The position numbers and the translations under genes are program-made. Shown in pieces: positions 9,059 to 20,300 of a stretch of 64,000 nucleotides of DNA. The notes below the pieces were generated by a model. It was given only the letters and a program-made list of their open reading frames with translations, had not been told where the DNA came from and did no database searches. How positions within the stretch are numbered: the stretch's first letter is position 1; each line of letters opens with the position of its first letter. Source of the DNA: a virus. Location: positions 1-64,000 of IMG/VR virus record IMGVR_UViG_3300017957_000012. One strand, written 5' to 3'.

Positions 9059-10093
9059 TTATCCTCTCACTACGAAATCAAAGAAAACCTCTTGCGGCAT
9101 CTTCAATATAAAAATTCCATTGTCTTGGAAGCCATAAGAAATCAAAGCATCTGTCCCAGCAAATGCTAGGCCGGTGGCAAACTCAATTACGTGCTGAGAT
9201 CCTACTCTCCAATCAGTCTGTGAACCCATGAAAGTAAAATCTTTAGTATGACTAATAATGTTCCAATCATCATCCCAAATGATTGCTCGATGAGCGTAGT
9301 GACCGTCTTTTCTTCCATGGCTATCTTTCATCAAATCAACTTCGTGAGTGATCGCCATTCTTCGATCTGGCGCGATTTGTACAACCTGAGTTCCGCCTCT
9401 TACATCACGCCAGAGTGTAGGATAGGTTCGTGTTTGTTCATGCACAATTTGCTCAGTTGTCCCATCTTCAATGTTAAACTTTACGACCTCTGTGGGATTA
9501 GTCCATTTTACGAAGTGCCATGGCTTATCGAGAATTGGCATCCAATTCTTTTCACAGTAAGATTTATTAGGCGGAGGAGCGGGGATAGGGTACCTTCCAA
9601 TTTCTTGCCATATACCATCTACAAAATCTATTTCACAAAGCTCCATACGCCCAGTGCCTTTGTCGTCATAAGCATCTCGTCTTACACCGCAAAGAAACAT
9701 TCGATCTTCCCATACAAAAAGTCGAGCATCTTCAAGGCCAATAAAATTCCACGTTGGCTTCGTGTTAAAGTTCATTTTAACTTGGCCAGCAGTGAGCAAA
9801 TTCATATCAGCGTCAAGCTCACATACGATATTATGTGTCGTTAAGCTAATATCATTTTCTGGATGGATATATTGAAGAGGCCCATAACAATGGGGAAATT
9901 TATGATTTTCACTATGATGAAGCGTATAATTTACATGGCGAACATTCATGAATAATTTTCCATCTCTATTAAAGAGAGAAGGATTCATGATACCTGTTTC
10001 GCCTGTAAGTTCTTTAGGTAAGATAACGGGGTGAATTGACCCACCCCTTTTTAATGCGTAGTAAACGAGACCATGCAAACGCAGATCATGCAT
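9059..10093 (-). CDS. Five-bladed beta-propeller glycoside hydrolase/phosphorylase or mannosyltransferase-like protein
   Basis: MNPSL, GLEDARL, EKNWMP, RGG, IEFATGL and SYG..D motifs typical of the GH130/GT91-like propeller clan. Confidence 0.6.
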   Translation of the reverse strand: MHDLRLHGLVYYALKRGGSIHPVILPKELTGETGIMNPSLFNRDGKLFMNVRHVNYTLHHSENHKFPHCYGPLQYIHPENDISLTTHNIVCELDADMNLLTAGQVKMNFNTKPTWNFIGLEDARLFVWEDRMFLCGVRRDAYDDKGTGRMELCEIDFVDGIWQEIGRYPIPAPPPNKSYCEKNWMPILDKPWHFVKWTNPTEVVKFNIEDGTTEQIVHEQTRTYPTLWRDVRGGTQVVQIAPDRRMAITHEVDLMKDSHGRKDGHYAHRAIIWDDDWNIISHTKDFTFMGSQTDWRVGSQHVIEFATGLAFAGTDALISYGFQDNGIFILKMPQEVFFDFVVRG

Positions 10094-10128
10094 AATACCT
10101 CCATAATGTATAAATTCAACTCAGAAAA

Positions 10129-10464
10129 TCAAGACCAAGGGAATACTTCTGTTTTCGTTACACCTTGTTTGTTGATTTTGTCTTGTATGCATTTATTTAT
10201 AATTGCAACGTCAGCATCGCTCAAAGACGAAGAAATCCACTGAAGAACAATATCTTCAGTAAGAGATTCATATGCAACAAAGTCTGCTTCTGCAACCTCT
10301 TCAGCAGATAAATGAGTTTTTCCCACATAAGATGCTTCAACATCATCGTCTGTTGTGCCTGTTTTACTCCAACTAATTTGTATTACAGAGTCAGATAAAA
10401 CAACACCATCTTGATTCGTCACATCTTTTTTGGAAATTTCTAAAACTTTCCATGAATAATTCAT
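10129..10464 (-). CDS. Small tail-fibre-associated protein (putative chaperone)
   Basis: YSWKV...V.Q..W...G...FV.YE.LTE..VL.WI; paralogue of 10468 and 29006. Confidence 0.6.
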   Translation of the reverse strand: MNYSWKVLEISKKDVTNQDGVVLSDSVIQISWSKTGTTDDDVEASYVGKTHLSAEEVAEADFVAYESLTEDIVLQWISSSLSDADVAIINKCIQDKINKQGVTKTEVFPWS

Positions 10465-10467
10465 GAA

Positions 10468-10908
10468 TTACTCCGGTGCAGCAGTGTTTGCACTTTCTCC
10501 AAGTTCGTCTTCGCTGGGCGCACCTGGTGTCGGCGTTACTGGCTCTTCAGGGGCCCAAGGCATTGAAGCATCTCTAACGTTATGCTCACGATCAATGTCT
10601 CTCTGCATAACTTCTACGATATGGGCGCTATAAACCCTATCATTATTAACAAAGTCTTGAATCCAGCCCAAAACAGTTTCTTCTGTCAATGACGAAAAAG
10701 ATACAAATTCGCCAGCAGGAACGTTTTCAGCAGTAAAAGGTGTTGCACCCTGGTGTATAGCTGTGTGACCATTTGCATCAGTACCTTCTATTTTCCAAAA
10801 AGTCTGAACAACAGCATCGGTCAAAGTATCACCATCAGTGTTAACCTGATTGCGTACTCTCAAACCAGTCACTTCCCATGTATATGTAAATTCGTCGCTA
10901 AGTGCCAT
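10468..10908 (-). CDS. Small tail-fibre-associated protein (putative chaperone)
   Basis: YTWEVTG...AVVQTFW...FVSFSSLTEETVLGWI. Confidence 0.6.
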   Translation of the reverse strand: MALSDEFTYTWEVTGLRVRNQVNTDGDTLTDAVVQTFWKIEGTDANGHTAIHQGATPFTAENVPAGEFVSFSSLTEETVLGWIQDFVNNDRVYSAHIVEVMQRDIDREHNVRDASMPWAPEEPVTPTPGAPSEDELGESANTAAPE

Positions 10909-10943
10909 GTTTTTTAATCTCCGTTTGAATTTAAATCTATTTA

Positions 10944-11378
10944 TTAATCTTCTGTTGCGCCGGCAAAATAATCGAGCGTCTTTAAATATGTGTATGCCTG
11001 AGTAACATAATTGTCTGGTGAATCAACATCAATAAACATTACACAGCGATGGTCAAGCCCCTCAGTACCAATATGTACTTCGGCCTCTACTTCACTTGCA
11101 TCTATACCAGCCATACCAATAGGTTTCTGGTCATTTTCTCGAGCTTCTTTATTTGCCCATATAGTCATAAAAATTTCACCAATGTATCCTTTTTTCCAGT
11201 GAACCTCAGTTCCTTCGTCCCAGACTCCACCGTTCGTATAACCAGTGGGATCGTAAGTATCTACGGGTGTTTTCAAATCGTGCATTCTTTTATGCACTTT
11301 TACGTCCGTAACTACAAAATAGGCGTTTGGTGCTGACAATCCAGTGCCGGGAATTTCGTAAGATTGAATTAAGGCCAT
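10944..11378 (-). CDS. Small tail-fibre-associated protein
   Basis: Abuts the S74 fibre gene; ends QAYTYLKTLDYFAGATED, a type common after phage fibres. Confidence 0.55.
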   Translation of the reverse strand: MALIQSYEIPGTGLSAPNAYFVVTDVKVHKRMHDLKTPVDTYDPTGYTNGGVWDEGTEVHWKKGYIGEIFMTIWANKEARENDQKPIGMAGIDASEVEAEVHIGTEGLDHRCVMFIDVDSPDNYVTQAYTYLKTLDYFAGATED

Positions 11379-14300
11379 TTATAGGTTCTCCATTTTTTGC
11401 ATCATATTATATACCATTTCTTCCAGCTTGTCAATTTTTTCTTGCTGGTTATTTATAATTTCTTGCTGATCTTTGTGTGCTTCAACAAGTAGGCCTACCA
11501 TCTTTGGATAGTCAAGTGCATACTCATCGACTTCCTCTGCATAGGAGACAACTTCTGGTACGACCTCAAGAACTTCTTGTGCAATCATACCAAGCTGACG
11601 TCCCTTAAAGAGGTCATCACGCTCGTCAATTAAATCTTCTTTTCTTTCGTAGTAAACACCGCGCAATTGCAACACTTTATCCAAAGCATTATCAATTGTG
11701 ACGATATTTTTCTTCTTACGTCTATCTGAGTAAGCAACAACGTTACCGTTACAATAAAGTGAACCATTAATACGTACACGATATCCTGAAAGCGTCGAAG
11801 ATGAAGCAAAACCAGTACAGTTTCTGGCACGGTTATGATAGTATACCCAACGTCCTAGATCCTGAATATAGTAACCACCACTCGAGCTACCATCAAACAT
11901 TAAGTGGGGTCTATATGTTGAATCAGAGAATGAAAGACCTCTCCAACCACTTCTAGATCCGGTGATATTCCAAGAACCATAGCTCGACTGGTTATTTGGA
12001 TAGAAGGTAGCTGAGTTATAGGTGCTACGGATACCAACACCGCCACCACCAACGTGGAGCCATGTATTTGAGAAATTATGACTTAAGGTTGATCCCGAAC
12101 CCCCGTTAATTTGGAATCTTACAGTACTACTGTTATAATCATTAAAGAATCGCATACCACCGTAAGATGGGTTAGCAGCAAATGACATACCAGTGTGGTA
12201 TTGTAATACTAAGTCAGGATATGGATAACTCCAACTACCAGATTCCTGGAAGCCAAATGAGTATGCTGAGCTACTTCTTGTAATACCAGAGTTACCACCA
12301 GGATAAGGTGAGTTAATTCTGTTTGGAGTAAGCTGATTACATCTTGTAGTAGAGTTGCCATCAAAATAATAGCCTGCGCTATGGTCATAGTAGATTGCAC
12401 CATATACTCTATTGTAGAAGTATGCGATTGCGTTGTTACTTTCTCTACCGATATATGCTACGTTAAGTGCATTTGTTCTACCATTGTCGTGAATACGTAA
12501 GTAAGAGCTGCTGTTATTACTATTCGAATCAAGTCTTATGTTTACGTCATTATAAGAGTTGATCGATATACTATCACTAAAGTTATTGTTATAGTCAGTC
12601 GATGCAATACCATGGAAGCGATAATCGTTCCAACCCGAGCTTCCATTGTTCATTGTAATATAAGAGAATCTATGTAAAGAAGAACTCCGCGAACTATATC
12701 CTTGAGCGTAGCCTCTACTCGTGTTCGAACTGAAGTAGCTCGTATTAGTGATAGAAACGTTTAGACGAGAAGTAGAGCCTGGATCTGAATAGTAGCTCGA
12801 GCCATTATTACGATCATAGAAAATATAAGCTCGTAATGTATTAGCGTAGGTCTGACCATAAAGTTCATGGTTTGAGTTGCCACTGAAAATACGAAGAGCC
12901 CAACCGCCACCACTATGCAATAATCCAAAACCGGAACCATCGTAGTATACGTAACCACGACGACCTGTACTACTTCCTTGTGAGCCATTGTAGCGATCGT
13001 AGAAAATAAGACCGCCAACATCACTTCTACCATCGATGTGCCAATAGACGTTGCCTGGACTATAGAAGTGTCTGCCGTTTGCCTGGCTATATAAGCCTCG
13101 ACCCGAAGTATAGTTACGGAACCACCCGTAAGTATAAGTTTCATTACTTACTGTAGAATTCCATCTTGAAGTGCTTGCTGGGTCGGCATAATAGCCACTC
13201 GAATCAGTATCTACAAATCTACGCGCATAAAGGTAACCATTTGAACCACTTGGTGCGTCATTCACACCGTACATTGTGATGTGTTTCCAAGAGCTAAATG
13301 ACGACCATGTATTACGGAATCTTAATCCTGCAATTGGTCCGCCGGCTAGCTGCCAACCATATCTGGCTGAGCCATTAGAATAGTGATATGCCTGCACGCC
13401 CACCCAGTGAGATGTACCTGAAGGCTGATTAGGTGGATTGCTCCAAGTATCAAAAAAGCCCGAGCCCCAATCCGCAACACGAGTATTAAAGTCTTGTCTA
13501 CTCCAGCCTACTGCACCAGTCCAATAATTAGTGTCACTTGTAATAGTCGGCCTTGCATGGAAATAAGCACTACCACTATAGACAATATCTCTACTATGGC
13601 CTGGGCCACCAAGCATTGCTCTGGTTCTTAAACTAAAGCCATTAATATTAGAACTAAACAATGAAGCTGGATTTAAGTAATAACCTGTATTCGTCCAATC
13701 TGTATAGATCGTAGACGCTGTACCACCGGGATGTATGACTCTATTTGTACCCCAGCCAATGTTTCGACCAATTTGGAAATCGCTACCACCATTAAAGTAG
13801 ACAAAAGATTTAACACTATCTCCACTATCATGGATTGCCATTTCCCAAGTTTCTGAAGTGTTAGCAAGAATACCCACATTGATTGAGCCGGCCCATGATG
13901 TTCCATCCCACGCATAGTTACGATTAGTATGACCGATGTTCAAAGCACCTGGTTGTAAATTACCGGCCGCATAGTTAGAGTTCGCAATCTCACCATAAAC
14001 ATACATAGAGAGATCTTCGTTACCATCCCAGAAATATCCAGTCGAGCCGCGAGCTCTCAAGCGATTAACATCAACTACGTTCATTTGAGACGTAGAAGCA
14101 AAATCACCGTAAAAGCCGGGACTATTTCGATCTCTAAATCTCGTCGCGTCAATGTAGTTATTAATCAGAGTATTACCATCACCTCTGATAATCATATTCC
14201 ATTGACCGTCGAGACCACCATCCATGAAGCGAATATCTTCACCACCCGAGGTAGCAATTCTTAAGTGGCCGTCGTTTGTATCTCGTACCTGAATATAACC

Positions 14301-17300
14301 ACGAAGGTTGTTCGAACCTGGTGCACGCAATTGAATTTGCGCACCATTCATCATAGAAAGAGTGCTATACATGTCTATTGCAGCAACACGAGATGTGCTT
14401 GCAAAGTCACCATAATAGAAATCATTATCGCTATCGTAATATCTCGAAGCGTAAATATCTGCACCATGATTATACGTTACACCAGCGGTTGCGATTTGTC
14501 TCCACTGTGTCCAGTTCTGACAGCAATCTCTCAATGATCTTACTTGAAGAGGTGTTCTGTTCGTATTAATCCAGTCGGCTGCAATTTCAAATGCCTTTCC
14601 ATTATTATTGAAAGACGCAGTAATATCATAAGTAAATGGACTACCCGAACCTCCACTATAAGAAGAGTAAATTCCTAGACCTGTACCAACTACCTGACTT
14701 CTTCCACTCGGATAAACTTGTCCAGCGTTGTCAAAGTAAAGCTGTCCGTAATTTGGACTCGGGAAAGACTTAATTTCATTAACATTAAGTCGATTGATTT
14801 GTGAAGTACTTGCCGGATCAACGTAGCGGTTGCCTGGGTCGGATCTATCACGGAAAATGTTAGCGTAAAGATCTCCGCGTACCTGTGTGCTTCCATTTAC
14901 ATCAAGCTTAAATCCGCCTGCCGCGGCAGAGCCACCGCCACCAACAAAAAGATCGCCATTACTTTGCCAACGAGAATGAACTCCATTCCCGCCATTACCA
15001 AAGTAAATATTATCGCCATCATAGTAATTAATGTATGTTTGGTGACCACTAGCTGCATCGATGTGTAAGTTACCATCAGTCGTTACGACAGACGCTACAC
15101 CGGTGTTATTAATATATTCTCTACCATTACCACCAACTTGGATATAATCACCCCAAGTATTATTTGGGCCGATGAGCATTCTGCCTCTAAGTCTCGCAGA
15201 TTCCGTGGTATTCGCTGGTTCTATGTAGTAACCAGTAGAATCACGATCTCTGAATCGATAAGCATCAATAAGATCAGCAGTAATATCATCAGCAAGAATA
15301 TCATTAGCAACGACATTATCGACAAGTAAATTCGATTCTACGTTGCGACGCTTGAGCATAATACCGCCATATTGGCGAGTAGCTGGGCCACCGCCTGATG
15401 GATAGTTCATAAGAACAATTACACGTACGTACCTACATCCTCCGCCGTCTGATCCATTATAAGGTGTGTGAGACGTAGGAATTGTTGTATGGCCTCTGAA
15501 TGTAGTCCAGCTCGTGCTTGTGTAGTTATTACTACTAACTACGAAGTATGTAATACCATCATTGCCAGCAATTGGTCGCTTATCTTTATCGTAACGGCGA
15601 ACACCCATGTAAACAAGACCGCCAGAACCACTCACGCGCCTAACAGATATTTCACCATAAATGTCTTCGCCTGGCGCTACAGGAATATAGTCTGAGTCAA
15701 AGACTCGATAAGCGCCAGTTTGTACGACTCGTCCAGCAAACGGTGCGTCTTGAACATCAACATATTCGCTCTGCGCGATATTATTCGATTCTGCACCTTT
15801 GAGCCCAGAAGTGACTTCGGCTTGTGTATATTCAGTAAAGTCGAAGAGAACAAGATCAGCACCACCAGAACCATAAGCCGGATTAAGCGAAATATCTCCA
15901 CCACTTCCAGAGATGGCAATATTAGGTGCAGTGAGGTTACCAGTAAAGTGTGCATCACCATTGTCTAAATCAATAGAAGCTCTTAGATTTCCATTACCAA
16001 TAAAGACAATTTCATTCGGGTTTGAAGTACTGAAGTAAGAGCGATATGGATTATTGTTACCCGCCCACATAATACCCCAGTCGCCCGCCGTTCTCCAAAT
16101 CCAATGGGTGTAATCTTGCGTATCGAGTAATACGTTATTGTTACCGTCACCAGAAGTTTGGAAATTATCTCGACGAATAATGCCTGGGATTCTTAGAGCA
16201 TAGCTTGTATTACCGGCGTCGAGATCGAGTCTCCAAGTTGTACTATTCGGTGGATGGTAAATTGGTGCTCGCATTTGGTTTGTAGCAAGCGCATAACCGT
16301 TCTCAATCGAGAATTGCTCTCCACCTGCGTAGTATAATCTCGTACCAGCACCACGATACCATTGCTGTTGCCATTGATTATCGACATCATTGTACATGCC
16401 GTGACGAACAGCATCACCTGGTGTCATCCATACAAAGTGACTAAGTAAGCTCCAACCTCTCCAACCATTCTTACCGTTGCCGTTAATCTGCAATGAACCA
16501 TAATCGCCGGATACGTAATCGATATAAATGCTTGTATCATTATCGTACGCAGGATAAATTCGATTTGTTCTCAGCGTATTAACACGAGAAGTACCCGATG
16601 GATCTACGAACCATGTAGTAGGTGATGTTGTGTCCCTGAAGATTGGTGATCGGATTTCATTATTGGCAAGGAAGTATCCACTTTGCGTTTGTGCTTGTAT
16701 TATGCCGTTATAGTATAAATCGTTAGATCCGTTAAGATCAAATCTCATCAACCATTCATTGTCTACGTCATTGTACATTCCGACCGCAGAAGAATTGTTG
16801 TGCATAAAGACAACACGGCCGCCGATTGAGAATCCTTCCCATCCGTTACGACCACCGCCGTCGACCATGAATGAACCATAGTCGCCAGTAGGCTCTCTTA
16901 GTTGAACAGCATTACCATCAAGGGTGATTGTATTGAGTCTTGAATCACCGTCTGGGTTTGCATACCAGTTTGTATTAGTCCAATCATAGAAAATTGGAGC
17001 ACGAGACGAAGTCAAAGAAGTAGAATTACCTAGGTAGTCTACCCAGAAAGTATCTCGTATTGTACCTGCACCAGCACCACCCGATCCAATTGATGTTTGA
17101 ACAATGAAGTTACCAGAGCCTTCTTTATCTAAATTATCTGCGCTACCAGTATTGTATCCTGCTCTACCACCAATACGAACTTGAGGTGTATAGTTTGCAT
17201 TACTATCTCTAAAATTAAATGCAACCCAAGATTCAGGAGCATCAATATCTCCGGTTCCGTCACCATTGTCAATAGTTAATGCAACAAAATCGTTTTGAGG

Positions 17301-20300
17301 AGCAGCCTTATTATAAAGCTTTAATGTTCTAAATATTGATTCGGCGTTTGGATCGGCCCAGAAAGTAGGATCGTTGCTATCATAGTATCGAGCAAACGAT
17401 GCAGTCTCGTTACCGCCGTAACCAAAAATATTTCCGTCGAAGGCAACTGGTTTATTAAAATAGAATGTATCTCTGTCCGTTTGGAAGTGAACATAGCTTG
17501 CATTCATTGAACCGAAGTCTAGATAACCGGTCGGAGTTTGCAATCTCCAAGCGGCCGATACTGCGGGCTCAAAAGAATATTGATTGTTGTCTATATCAAA
17601 GAATTTGCGACCATGAATTTCTGATGCACCAAACTTCTCATAGTCATTGCCGGGATTATTTCGTATTGCAATCCGACCGTTTGACTCAAGCGCAATATTC
17701 GATGCTACAACACCGCCCCAATGGAATCCAAGTTGAGGAGGAGTTGCTGTACCGTTTCCTGTGTAATTGCTTTCTCTTAATTCGATTGCAGCCGTAGAAT
17801 AACTTGTGCCCGTAGAAGATGCAGCAAACTCGAAGTTGCCTTCTAATTGACCGCCACCGCCAGGCTCAATCCAACGTTGCTGGAAGTTTACGTCATAATA
17901 GCGATTAGCATAGACGTCACCACTTAATGTTGCGCCTCCGCCCGACAAAATAGTCTTATCATTTCTAACACGAAGATACGTGGCATCGGTCATATACCAA
18001 CCGCCGCCCCATCCGAATCCTAGTTCTTCGTCTCTGAGGAATGATGCAGTTCCTCTACCGAAGATGATACCATTATTAGCACCGTTGAGGTAGATAGATC
18101 CATTAACGTGGAGTTTAGCAGGATCGATTGCTGCAGTAAGGGGTGTATTATCACCGCCGTCTGTGTACGTAGCACTACTGCCGCCGACCACAATGTCGCC
18201 ATTGTCATTAATGGTAAGTAGTTCAGAACCGGCCTGCGTCCAATACGATTGTGATGTACCGGCCAGTAATAACCAATAAAGGTTACCACTGCTGTCACCA
18301 CTTAAATTAGTACCAGTCGTACCGTCGTGCCTAAACTCAATATACCTATTACCATCGTTGAATGGATTAGCATTAGGATCAATTCTATTAAGGTACATTA
18401 ATGAATAAGAACCAGAGTAATTACCACTAATAGCCACAGTTGTCGATTGACCTACCGCTCGATCACCTGCGCCTACTAATGAAATACCACCGTCACCAGT
18501 AGTATCAGACCAACGATCATAATTACCAATCGTATGAATACGAACACCACTACTTAATACCGCAGATAAACTTGCATCAGCAGGATCTAAGTAATAACTA
18601 TTATTATCGCTATCGATAAACTTAGGTGCGTATACATCAACAGTAAAGTCTGCTGAATCAGTATCAATACCTAATCTTTCTGTGCCGTCGACCGTGATTG
18701 TGAAATCGTCATTGCCGGGGAAGCCCATATAAGTATTTGTATCGCCGCGATGTCGGATATATGAATCAATATCAATTTGCGACATTTGTGAAGTGCCGGC
18801 AAAATCACCATAATATGTAGTGTCTGGTAGATCATAAAAAATAGGTGATCTTACAGAGCCAGGCGCTTCTACTCTATTATTGTAAATAACTAGCTCTTCA
18901 TTACCTCCAGCCGAGAACCCAATCTGATCGGCTCCCTTTCGATACATTCCTGTATTTGTATCATTAATAAATGAGTATGCAGGTAATGCTAGTGTTCCGT
19001 CACCCGTACGTGCACGGCCCGCGACATTTAAAGAGAGTGTAGTATCGCCGGGATCGAGGAAGTAAGCGTTATTATCGTTGTCGTAGTATTTTCTGAAGTA
19101 TGCACCTTCACCATAAACGTCGACGTAATATTCTGCTGCAGTAGATTGTGCAAGGAAAATCGTCGTTCCGCCCGCATCCATTTGCAAAGTATCATTTTGT
19201 AAGAATCCAATCTTAGTATCTGAATCACCGTTGTGTACGATGTAGTCATCAATACCAATCGTCTTCATTACAGACGTGCCATTAGGATCAGCGTAGTAAT
19301 TGTTATCGTCTGCGTCGTAGTAAATCGAAGCGTATACATCACCGCCGGCGTTAATATCACCACTAACACTTAAATTACCAAATACAGAAACACCTGAGTT
19401 ATTCGCAGTAAGTCTCGTTGCACCTCCGGTGTCGAGATCTATTGTATCAGTAGCAAAAGTAATTTTCGTGTCTGTATCGTTATTATGAATGAGTGCATCA
19501 TTAACGATAAGATTAGGTGCGTATAAATCGAGTGAAGATAATGCCCTCGTATTATTAACGTCGAATCGAGTGTTTCCACCAGTTTCTAATTTAATATGAT
19601 CTGTTTCGAAACGTAATCTCGTGTCAGTATCACCATTATGGAATAGGTTATCATCTAAACCCAAGCCACTAAAAATCGAGTTACTTGCTGGATCGGCGTA
19701 ATATGTGTTTGTGTCGGCATCTACAAATCGTTTACCAATAACATCGGTTCCAGCAGTGACTGTTGTTGCAGCACTGATTGCACCAGCAGAAGCCGTAATA
19801 TTACCCGTAGTTGCTGTGATATTATTCTGAGCAGTAATATTATTTCCTGCTGTAACATCACCTGCAGTAGCTGAAACATTACCCGTTGTCGCAGTAACAT
19901 TAACTTGCGCAGTTACACTACCAGCGCTGGCTGATACGTCACCAGTCGTTGCAGTAACATTATTTTGTGCTATTACATCTCCAGCTGAAGCAGTAACGTT
20001 ACCCGTAGTTGCCGTAACTCCAGTGGCACCAATAACATTTCTTCCAGCTTCAACGTCGCGTTCTACTTCAAGATCACCGTTGGTATCAGATTTTAAAGCC
20101 CAGTTAAAGCCTGCGTTAAGGAATCCAATTTCACCATTATCGGCATATAATACTCTATCTTGACCAGTACCGTTGAGTATAATTTGTGCAGCACCTACAT
20201 CATCACCAACAGTAAGATCACCTTTGATTGTAATATTACCTTGAGCGGTATCATCAACATCTGATCTTAAGAATTGCCAGGCATCAAGTCCATCAACGGT

